Shown here one piece after another: positions 49,301 through 61,300 of a stretch of DNA of 64,000 nt. The stretch covers positions 9,176,001 through 9,240,000 of the forward strand of contig JAWMAR010000061.1 of assembly GCA_036785375.1 (NCBI GenBank). Reading direction: 5' to 3'. Both the position numbers and the translations under genes were made by a program. The stretch comes from Leucoraja ocellata (taxonomy: Eukaryota). The stretch's first letter is position 1. Every line of letters begins with the position of its first letter. Below the pieces are notes generated by a model, which ran no database searches, was not told the DNA's origin, and saw nothing but the letters and a program-made list of their open reading frames with translations.

Positions 49301-52300
49301 GACTTGAAGAACATGCTGAGATTGTGATGCTGCGGTTGATCCCATACACTGCTACTTGTTTATATGCTTGCTGATATTGGCATGGTGACATGGTTATTGT
49401 AAACCTGCAGCTTGGCTTTGGACTTCAAACCTAGAGGCAGCTTTGCTTACTGCACTGATGTGAGAATTGCAATTCCTTTATCTGCAAAACACAAACTTCA
49501 ACCATGGGCGCTTTGGCAAAATTAGTTGATGGTTAGAGGTAGCTTTTTAGCAGCTGTAAGCCACTGAATGGCACTTCCTTCTCGATGGATTCACCATGCC
49601 CTGGATAAGTTAAAAGTGATAAATACATTGAACAAGTCTTTGTGTGGCTACTGCTTATAATAAATTAAAGTTTTGCTAATTATAAGGTGCAGGATTACTG
49701 TGAGTATAATTTTTTCACTGCAACTTTCTTACCCCCCCAGGGGCAAAATTAAAACTCCTTGCCTCATTTTGTCTATTGAATGGAGACTTTTGTACTCCTA
49801 TCAACTCTACTGGCCAATTTCAGTTTGCCATGGAAAAAGACCGGGGAGGTGATTGTCGTGCATGTGCAGTGGCCAACAAGATTTTCATTGTACTTGCAGC
49901 TCATACATGTGCATATGGCAAGAGAACAGTGATATTCTGGAACATTTCAGAATGCGACAAATAATACATTTTCCATTCAACCGCATAAATGCGAAAGGGG
50001 AACATGGACAACAAGATCCTAGTAAATTTCAAGGGAGGGAGGAGCGTGGGTCCCAAGGTCTCCTGGTGAGTGGAAGGGAGTGCTGGATAGTTCCTCCTAG
50101 ACAGCCAGTGCCAAATGCTTGGGATCTTTTAATATTCATGTAATATTATAAAATTAGGTCTATAATTAGAATTTTACTGTTAATCTTAAAGTTTGACCTT
50201 TGACAGCCCAATTCTGATACAAACTCGAAAGACAACTTATTTGAAATTGTTTATTTCAGTATGGAGTAGCTAAGACTGCATGGGACATGTGCAGATGAAC
50301 AAACGATTGTAACAGCTGAAATGTCTTCCAACATTATAAAATGTTGGTTAAAACGTACTTGGAGTATTGTGTGCACTTCTGCAGTTTGCTCTGGAGAGGA
50401 AGCAGGAAATATTCACTAGGATGTTGTGTATTGGAAGCTTACGGTTATGGGGAGATTGGATAGCTGGGGTTGTTTTCCTTGGAGCAAAGGGCTGAAATGA
50501 TAGAGGTATCTAAAATGATGATGTGAATTGATGGGGTAGATGGTAAGAATCTTTTTACCCAAGATAATGGTGTCTCGGGCAAGACATCATCGGTTTAAGG
50601 TGAGAGGTTGGAGGGTTAGGAAGGACCTGGGGGTGTAACTCTTGACTCTCAGACTAAGAACATAATTTACAGGTGAAGAATGAAAGAGAAACCATTGTGA
50701 CAAATTAAATTATCATGGAGAGAAACATTTTAAACAACATGTTGGAGTTAAAATAAAAATTATACTCTGATATTATACTTTGAAAATACAGCCAGACAAA
50801 GTCCTATTTATGCCTCCTGATCCCAGAGACATTCACTCTTCTAATGATGCCAACGTATCAAACATCACCAGGAGCTTTTATTTTCTGCAGTAACTTTTAA
50901 TGTGAAACTGATGAAATGCCTTCTGGAGATTTAAAAATAATGCAGGCACCGTTTATTTCTTGAAAGAGCTTGCTGCTTTGTAGTGAGATTAAACTGTATA
51001 AAGATTCTGTATCCCTGCTGTGGAGTTGGCACGTGCTAGGAGCTTACACATTCTCTCCATTGTTCGTTTCTGATGGTTTTTCAGCATCTTGATATAATTT
51101 GTGCGTTTTGCTGGCAGTGCTGAATATTCTACAGTTGCACAGGCCTATGCTCAGAGGCCATGGCATGGGTTGGATTTGTCTGAGATATGGGAGCTTCAAT
51201 TAATTTTGCAAATGGGTTCCTAATTTATTATGAATCTCAATGAAATTGAGAATAAGCAGAAAGAGATTTGGCCCCATAATTGATTTGGTCTGTTCACTCT
51301 GCTCAAACTGGTCAATCCAGGTCCTATTTGTACTGGGAGTGGTTCTCTCATGACACTGTCTGTCTGGAATCTAGCATAAGGAGGTTGTTTTGATGCCATA
51401 AAGTTGCTGTGTTGGCTTGTCTTCCTTGTGCTTTTTTGAAATGAGTGGTAATTATTTTAAAATCGTGTTTGTGCAGCATGCTGTATGATCTGCCTGTTAC
51501 TGAAGCAGGATGCTAAATGCCAGTGATGTTTACAGCACTAATCTGTCTGACTCCACTGATTTGTGACAAAGATTGTAGTTGATCACATGAGCCAGTCAGA
51601 ATCGCACCAAATGGAGTGTCTCAGCAATATTTTTGGTGCTGGCGGAATAACAATTAAAGCAAACGTTGTGGTATCTTGTATGAAATCCACATAATATACT
51701 TAAATTACAGTCATTGTCTACCTGTAGCCTACACATGTTATTCAAGGAAAATATTGAGGTGCAGCCAGCTAATAAATGTTTAGAAGATAGACACAAAAAT
51801 CTGGAGCAACTCAGCGGGACAGGCAGCACCTCTGGAGAGACGGAATGGGTGACGTTAGTGAAGGAGGGCTCTGTTTCCAGGGCTTGTGATTCCTGCTAGG
51901 CTGAGGAGGGACGGGTGTTGCGTGGAAGCTTTACTTTGTGCTCTACTGGCTTCCTTGCCAAATGGAAAAAGAATTAGTGGTCCCATGAAGCAGTTCAAGC
52001 AATTGAGAAAGGGTAGACACAAAATGCTGGAGTAATTCAGCGGGACAGGCAGCATCTCTGGAGAGAAGGATTGGAATTAAGAAAGGGTATTTGACCTTTT
52101 CCTCCATGTCAAATTGATGCAGGAGGAAATGGTCAAGTTGTGTACTTTATCTCAAGGCCATAAAATGATTTTAATCACTTCCTAAACCATTCAACTTTTT
52201 ATTTCTCTAAATGCAAGGATGTAGTTACCAACTGTGCTTCATATAGACATGTAAACCTTTGTTAATCTAGTGAGCTCGTGACTTTGAAAAGTGACTGTGG

Positions 52301-55300
52301 AGAAAGTTGAATTGTATTTCTTGCTAGTTGCGAGCTGTGCTTCTGGCAGTGTTGCCCCAACCCAAAACATCACCTATTCATGTTCTCCTGAGACACTGCC
52401 TGACCCACTGAGATACTCCAACACTTTTGTAAACCAGCATCTGCAGTTCCTTGTTTCTAAATTATTACTGAGTTGTGGGTTTCATACTGAATCATGAGGA
52501 TTTAAAGAAAATACAAAGTGTTTGCTGTTATCTAGCCCAGTAGAAGACACCACACCTCAAAACCTCCCTCTTTATTCATATCTCTTATCTCTTCCATTTA
52601 AAACAAATCTGGGATGGAAATGATTTTACATTTGAAGAAAATTAGAAATCTTGAATTTGTCCAGCATCTTTACAGAGCAATGCAAACACTTTGTAAACTC
52701 AAAGCTTTTTTTTGATATGTCAAGCATTCATGCACCTTGGGTGTGAACAGAGTTGCATTGAAGGTGCTTGATATGATCTGCAATACTGACATTGAATAGT
52801 ATTCTGTTCCATGTAAGCTCACCCGATGGACTTGAGGGAGAGAAGCTAAAGACAGTGTAGAAAAGACCATTGCACAAGAGTGCAGGAACCTTTATTGAAG
52901 AGAATAAATCGGGTTGGAGATTGAAGGCCCTGGTCTACTCTGATGGGAATGGAGGGCATTGGGTAAAATGGTTGGAATTCCTGTTGTGTGCAGTTTGGGG
53001 AGATTTGTTTATTGGAATAGTGGAGTTGTGGGAGGGGGTGGAGAGTAGGAAAGGTAATGAAAGTGAGCACCTGTAGCAGAGCAGATGTTTTAACTCTAGT
53101 ATCCCCTAGTTTTTTTGAGGTTTGCAATGTTTCCTCAGTAGGGCCACCAAAGAAAGTAAGAAACATGAAGCCAGTGGAAGAATAGCACAGATTATAAATA
53201 TTCTGGTATAAGCAATCTGTTCATTAGTAGTGTAATCAGTGGAGTTCCCCTAAAATTCTGTCCCATGTGTGTGTGTGTGTGTGAGAGATTGCAGTGAAAA
53301 CAGTATTTTCTAGCAGGCCTATGTCTAATTTCAAGTATCGACTTTTAAGTGCGTTTGTCCATTGACTGCATTTATGGCTGGATGTTCATTTATTTTCTAC
53401 TTCTGAATTAATGGAACTATGAACACTTGCTAAATATGTTGGCATTCTCTTGTATTCTAGAACACAGTCATGGAGGAGACGGTGATATGGGAACAGCAGA
53501 CAGCCACGCTTCACAGGGTGAGTCGTTGGCTCTATCTGATTATCCAGTGAACACTAGGTTATTGAGGATCCGTGCGTATAACAGATGAGCACCAGGTGCT
53601 GCAAAGCTGCAAATGGATAAATGTTATACCTTTAACCTAATGATGGAGACTGTGTGTAAATGTTCAGTAAGCATTCCATTTCAACCAAATCCAGTCCAGA
53701 CTATGCGTAATAGGTGCCAGAGAGGTAGCAATTAAATTTGAGGTGGGAAAATCAACCAAAACACTCTGGGATGTTATAGTTTAATGCTCCTCTTAGTCGA
53801 GTCAGATGATTGTGCCTTAGTGTAGACTAAACCTCTGTCTCACCTGGAAGATCTGTTCTAGTTCCTGAATGGAGATGAGGGAGGAGGTGCATTTGCAGGG
53901 GAAAGTGCCTGAGAGGTGGCGGGGACGGATGATTGAACTAAGGAGTGATGAGAAAGCGGTCTGTGTGGAAAGCTGGAAGGGGCAGGATCTGAAGATGTGA
54001 CTGATGGTGAATTGTATTGATGCTGCTAGATATTGTAGAATAAGATGTTAGATGCAGAGGCCGATGGAATGAAAGGTTAGGACCAGGGGAACTATCATTG
54101 TTCTGCTTGGAGGGAGGGGTATGTGCAAGAACGGAGCTGTGGGAAACTGAGAGGAATCTATGAAGAATGGGGAACATCTATATCCTAGAGTGGAGATGCA
54201 GCAAAGACAAGACTGTGAGAAAGGGATTTCATCCCAGCGAGGTGCAGTTAAGATAGCTGTGGGAGTTGGTGGGTGTGTAGAAGCCGTCTGTGAATAATCT
54301 GTCTCCTGAGATGGATGTGGAGCAATCAAGAAAGGGGAGAGAAGTGCCAGAGGTGGCCCAAGTGACTGATGGTTGAATGATGAAGTTGAAATTGAGTTCT
54401 GCATGGGTGTAGAAGGCGTGTACAATGTCGTTGTCTCTGTGGCAAAGACAGAATTGGGGATAGACACAAAAAGCTGGAATAACTCAACGGGTCAGGCAGC
54501 ATCTCTGGAGAGAAGGAATGGATGACGTTTCGGGTCAAGACCCTTCTTCAGACTTGGGGAGTGTTGTTGGAGTACGTTTGGAGCCAAGTGTTTACACAGC
54601 AAACAAACAGACAAAAGTAGCAAATGTAGCAAATGCCCACGTCTATGCCTTTGATTTGAAGAAAGTGAGAAGAATCAACACAAAGGTAGTTTCAGCACCG
54701 TGGAACAGTGGTAGAGTTGCTGCCATGTAGTGCCAGAGACCCGGGTTCGATACTGATTCTGGGTACTGTCTGTATGGGGTTGTACATTCTCCTTGTGACC
54801 ATGTGTGTTTTTTCCGGATGCTCCGGTTTCCTCCCATATTTCAAAGAGGTGCAGGTTTGTAGGTTAATTGGCTGCTTGTAAAATTGTCCCTGGTGTGTAG
54901 GATAGAACTAGTGTACAGGGTGATTGTTGGTCGGAGCAGACTCGGTGGCCAGAAGACCCTGTTTCTACGCTGTAAACAAAACAAAGGTTGTTGAGGGTGC
55001 AGGCTAGTTCCATGCGAAGGCCAGTTCTTATCTGCCTGCACTTTCCGCCAAGAGGAAGAGCGCAATAGTTGACAGAAACGTGACGGATCTCTGTTTTGGG
55101 AAGATACGAGGCCTGATGGCCTGATAGAGGGCAGGAGAAATCATGCCTGACCTTGAGAGAGGAAAGAAGGAAGGACCTATATGTCTTGGCAGAGAGATCT
55201 AAAATAAGAGGGTTTAGATTTTAAGTGATTGGTAGAAAGATTGAATTGCATTAGAAGAAAAACGTTATTTCCCCAGAAGGTGGTCTGAAATTTGCTGCCT

Positions 55301-58300
55301 GATAGGGTGGTGGAGGCAGAAAGGTTCTTTAAAGAGACATACACATTTGCAGACAGGGAACAAGGCTGTCTTCTGACTGTTGGGGATGATGGGCAAAATG
55401 GCCTCCTGTAAATGTTTTGTGATTTGTTACATCCTGTTGTGTATGTTACCAATCTCACTTACCTCGACGGAGATGTGATCTTTCTTCATGTCACATCTCT
55501 GTCCCCTCCCCATGGCCTAACAACTGGATTGGTGTGGCCTTTCCTGGAGACCGGCCTGGAGCTTTAAGCCGCAAGCACGGCGCGGACTTACCATCGCGCA
55601 GCGGGCAATCCTTTGCCGAGGATTGTTGTGTTAGTGCTCCGACCGCAGGGTTTGTGGACTTTAACAGTAGGCATTTAAACTATAAGAGAGTGTGGGGAGT
55701 GAAAGGGGATTATAGTTATCAGCCATGATCAAGTGTGATGGCAGGGCAAGCTCTAGAAGCCCGTTGGTAACCACTTGTATCTTGGTCTTGGGTTCCTTCA
55801 CAGACTTTCCTTCCGTTCTCTGCAGCTCTTTCCCTCTTGCAATTTAACATGCTTGTTTTATCACGTTTCTATTCTGAAGTGTCCTTGGCTCAAAATGTCA
55901 AATCTGCTTTCTCCCACTGATGTTACCTAATCTGATGAGTGCTTCCTGTATTCTCTGTTTTGAATGCATCTAAGTTGCTGTGTTCATTCAGAGTAAGATT
56001 ATCAAGGACAATTAAATAATTTTTGTTTTAGTGTGAGCATTTTTAGTTTATCTGCCATTTACTACTGTTTTGATCACATGCGGTGAGTGAGATATGTCTT
56101 TAAATTTCAGGCTCCTGGCTTTGGATTTGGAATTGCGATATCAGGAGGGAAGGATAACCCCCACTTCCAGAGTGGGGAAACCTCCATAGTCATTTCAGAT
56201 GTTTTGAAAGGAGGACCAGCTGAAGGCTTGCTGCAGTAAGTCAGGAAACTACACTATCTCATGAACGTGTCGCTTACGTATTCAATGTGATGCGACAGAC
56301 AGGAATTGGCATTCCGTTTTTCTGATTTTCCAGGATCAGCTGCAATAGGTTACGCCAACATTTATTGCCCATCCTGAACTGTCCTCGGGTTCATTTGGAA
56401 TTTGAAACATTATCCAGCCGTAGTAATAATTAAAGAATGAACAATTGTTACAAAAACCCATCTAGTACACGTCCTCCAGGGGAGGAAGTCAGTCTTGGGA
56501 TGGCGGGACAGTCATATGCTGAGAGAATCGAGTGGCTGGGCTTGAATACTCTGGAATTTAGAAGGATGAGAGCCATTTAGAACGTAGATGAGGAAACACT
56601 TTTTCACGGAGTTGTGAGCCTGTGGAATTCTCTGCCTCAGAGGGCGGTGGAGGCCGGTTCTCTGGTCTCTTAAAGATAGCAGTCAGGGATTATGGGGAGA
56701 AGGCAGGAACGGGGTACTGATTGTGGATGATCACATTGAATGGCGGTGCTGGCTACCGAATGGCCTACTCCTACACCCATTATCTATTTTCCTTACCTAG
56801 GGTCTGCCCTAAATGTGACTCCAGGCCCTCAACACCTGGTCAACTCTTAATTCATCAAACATGAAGCACAGAAACGGGCCCTTTGAATCTCTGTGTTGAT
56901 CATGATGCCGAATTAAACTCCCTTTGCACACGATCCCTCTCACTTAATTCCCAGCGTATCCATGTGCTTGTTTAAATGCCTCGTAAATGCCATATAGTAT
57001 CTGCTTCCACCATCACCCCTGGCAGTGCATTCCAGGCAACCACCACTCAAAAAAAAAAAACATGTCCCCACATCTTTAAATTTACTCCATCTGACCTTAA
57101 AGCTTTGCCCTCTTGACTTTGCCACTTCCATCCTGGGGAAAAAAGGTTCTGATTTTCTACCCACTCTATCTATGCCTCTCCCAATTTTATGTATTTCCAT
57201 CAATTCTCCCCTCAAACTCCATTCTAGAGAAAATAATCGCAAGTTTGACCAACCCCTTCTTCCCTAATATACTGCTCACCCCTTCCCTTCCTCTGTAGTT
57301 CCCATCTGCCTCTGTTTCTCATTCCATCTCGATTCACTTTGCCGTGGTAAATTCCTGAATCTGCAGCCTTGTATTGTCCACTTGTCCCCTTCCATTCCTC
57401 TGTCACTATCTTCACCTTTCCCCCTGCCCACCTGACATCTGCCAGTCAACCCTTCCTCACCTCTATCCGACTTGCTACTGTTGACTCGACCCTCTCTGCT
57501 GCCTCTTTACGACGGCCTTTCCAATGTTCTGGTTTTTGGAGGACATTCCAGGATCTGCAGACTTTTGTCTGCCAGACATTCTGACTCCAGTCTTTTTCTT
57601 CCCCTCCCTTAAAGGCATGAGGTTCACATCTTAAAATGCCTTTGAAATTAAAGATAAGAAGTTTTGTGAAGTGGAACTCAGAACAGTTGTTAGGCCGAAG
57701 CATCCTATTCTTCCCATATCTGGGCAAAGGGCACATTTCTCTGTTCTGGTTGTCAATTTTATAGCAAACTGTGTGCAGTCATTTAAAAAGTAGTTTGGGT
57801 TGAAATGGGCAGTCTTGTTTCACACATGACTCAAGAATTGCTTCATTTAGTTCAAATGTTGATCTAAAAATTCCATTAATTTAAATAAAGGATGAATCCT
57901 CCTAATCCAGAAAAGACCTTTAAATAGCCATTGTTTGAAGAATTTGTTTATAGAGATCTTGTTCTGCTTAATCAAACCCAGAATCTCATCTACAAATAGA
58001 AATCTGATGCTGAAGAGATGGAGTACTTACTTTTTATAAATTGGTTGTCGGCACAGAGGCCCCATTTTCATCAAGCGTTTTTTCTCTCCCAGTGAAAATG
58101 ACCGGGTTGCCATGGTTAATGGTGTTTCAATGGATAACGTGGAACATGCATTTGCGGTCCAGCAGCTGCGGAAAAGTGGAAAGAATGCAAAAATTGTAAG
58201 TTGAATCATAAAGTATGATATTTCAAAATGGGAGGTGAAACCTGTTTTTGTGGTAAAAGGTAACATGGGCCAACATGTAACAATCAATCCATTGACATTC

Positions 58301-61300
58301 ATATTTATTCCAAAAAACATATTGCATTTATCAGGACCGAACATAATATTGTGCATTTTAGTTTTAAAATTTGGGAAATGAATGCAACTGACCAATTGTT
58401 CAATGAACAGTTATCAGTGGAACAGAGTAATGGAGATGACACATGATCCAGTATTGAATATACTCAATTTTCATATTTGTGCCTCCATGTGACGCTCAAA
58501 GCCAAATGGGCCATTGCGTTCTCAAGGCAGTGCCAGTTCTCAAGGCAATCCTGTTCCCCATTAAACTTCTCTCAGTTGTACATGTAAGTGACCTCTCCCC
58601 TCCCCCCCGCCCTCCGTTCCCCCCTGACGATTTTCCTGCCACTGACTGGTGTAATTCACTGTGGCCAATTAGCCTGTCACCAAGCATTTATTTTGGAGTG
58701 GAGTTAAACTGGAGCACCTGGAGTGAGCACGCATTATCACGGAGCATGGAAAAACAAGCCCTTCGACCCAACTTGTCCATACCCACCAAGTTACCTAACC
58801 GAGCTAGTCCCACTTGCCAGCTGCTGGCCTTTCCCATACTTGTACCAGTCCAAGTTTATTTTAAAACTTCATAATTGTATCCAGTCCTACAGTGTCCATT
58901 AAAAGCTCATTCCATTTACACGTCCTCCGTATGGAAAAAGTTGCCACTGCAGTCCCTTGTAAATCTTTCCGTTTTCACCTTAAATTTGTGCCCTGTAGTT
59001 CTAGACTCTCCTGCCTTTGTGGAAATGTATTTGGCCATCTATTTTATCTTTATATATATCTATAATGATATTATACACTTTTTAGTAGGTCACCCTTCAA
59101 CCTCCCATGCTCCAGTGAAAAAGGACCTCGCCTCTCCAGCTCTCCTTATCTCTCAAACCCTCCAGTCCTGGTAAGGGACTCTCATATCTCTTTTTGCTCC
59201 CTTTCCAATGTAATGACATCCTTCTTGTAGCAGGACAATTAGAATTAGTACTCCATATGTGGCCTTACCAACGTCTTGAAACAGCTGTAACATGATGACA
59301 CAACTCTAAATACTGTACTCAATGTACTGACTGATCAAGGCAAGCTTGCTAAATACATCCTTCGCCCTGTCTGCCTCTGTCACCATTTTTAAGGAATGAT
59401 GTGCCTGCACCCCTGGGCCCTACTCACCCTGATTAGCCTTTCCAAAACGCAACACCATGTATTTATCTGAATTAAACTCCATCTGCCATTCCCTGGCCCA
59501 TTGGTCCAGTTGATCAAGATCCTGTTGTAATCTTAAATGAACATCCTTCACTGTTCACTATATCACCAGTCGGAGAGAATGTGTAATCTTCACACAGATA
59601 CCTTCAGAATCTAGGTTGCTAGAACTATGAGGCAGCACCAAATATATCAAATTGTTTCTTTTCAGTTAAGATCATGCTGGAGCTGGTGTTTGGACAATTT
59701 AATGCAGATATTGTTATTTTTCCAAAGTTGTTCTATATTGTTTCACTGTCATCATATCCATACAATGATGCATTTTCCACTATAAATTATTATTTTATGG
59801 CAATTCTTAAGGGTCATGTGGTCAGGAAGCAGTCCTTTGGCCCACCATGCCTACTTGAATGATTCCCATTTGCCTACATTTGGCCCAAATCCCTCTAAAC
59901 CTTTCTTATTAATTTACCTGTATAAACACCTCCTATTTCAATTAGTGTATTTCCTCAGGTAAGGATCAGTATTCATCTATGAAGTTGCAAAATTAAATTT
60001 TCTTTTTTGTTTTCTGTAACTTTGAAATTTCTCAGATTTAATTTTTATTTTTCCACGAAGCCATGGTTACCAGATGACAAAATTGTCCTCTCATCTCAGT
60101 GTATATTTTGTGCGAATAGATAAGCTCTTCTGCATTCTGATGATTATGGGCTGAAGCACAGAGCATGAGACAGATGGCACAAAAAAACAGTGACATCCGT
60201 TATACCTACAGGAGAGAGCAGAGGGGGCTCTGGTTTAATGTTTGAAATGAAAGCATGCAGCACTACATCAATGCTTCATTGGAGTGAAGTCTTGAAATGT
60301 GTACCCGGTTTCTGGAGTAGGACTTCCCCCATAGTTTACTCATGTGGGTTAGAGTATTTGCAACAGTGGCGACTCTAAATTGCGTCAAGTTGGGAAAAGG
60401 GGAAGTACAACGGGTTCTGGGGGTCCTTGTATGAAAGTAAGCATGCAGGTACAGCAGGCAGCAAAGAAAGCAAATGGCATGTTAGCCTTTATAACAAGAG
60501 AAATCGAATATGGGAGCAAAGAGGACCTTCTGCGGTTGTACAGAGCCCTAGCGAGACCACACCTGGAGTATTGTGTACAGTTTTGGTCCCCTAATTTTTG
60601 CTATTTTAGGGGACCAAAACTACACCATTGGACATTCTTGCTATTGAGGGAGTGCACCGTAGGTTTACATGGCTAATTCCCGGGATGGCGGGACTGTCAT
60701 ATGCTGAGAAAATGGAGCAGCTGGGCTTGTACACTCTGGAGTTTAGAAGGATGAGAGGGAATTTCATTGAAACATATAAGATTGTTAAGGGTTTGGACAC
60801 GATAGAGGCAGGAAACATGTTCCCGATGTTGCGGGAGTCCAGAACCAGGGGCCACAGTTTAAGAATAAGATGTAAGCCATTTAGAACGGAGACGAGGAAA
60901 CACTTTTTCTCACAGAGAGTGGTGAGTCTGTGGAATTCTCTGCCTCGGAGGGCGGTGGAGGCGGGTTCTCTGGATGCTTTCAAGAGAGAGCTAGATAGGG
61001 CTCTTAAAAATAGCGGAGTCAGGAGATATGGGGAGAAGGCAGGAACGGGGTACTGATTGGGGATGATCAGCCATGATCACATTGAATGGCGGTGCTGGCT
61101 CGAAGGGCCAAATGGCCTACTCCTGCACCTATTGTCTATTGACAGGAATTCCAAACTAACTCAGTAAAAATGGAAGTAGTTAATGCTTAGGCTCTGATAA
61201 CCTGCTGTTTTTAAATACTTGCAGACGATCAGGAGGAAAAGGAAAATTCAGATGCCGGTGACTCGAGCAGAGCCGGATCGACCGCCTGTATCGGAGCCTG

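Noticed and set aside
60628-61056. 142-aa ORF as a host gene
   Set aside because: It is the C-terminus of a CR1 reverse transcriptase in a 5'-truncated copy
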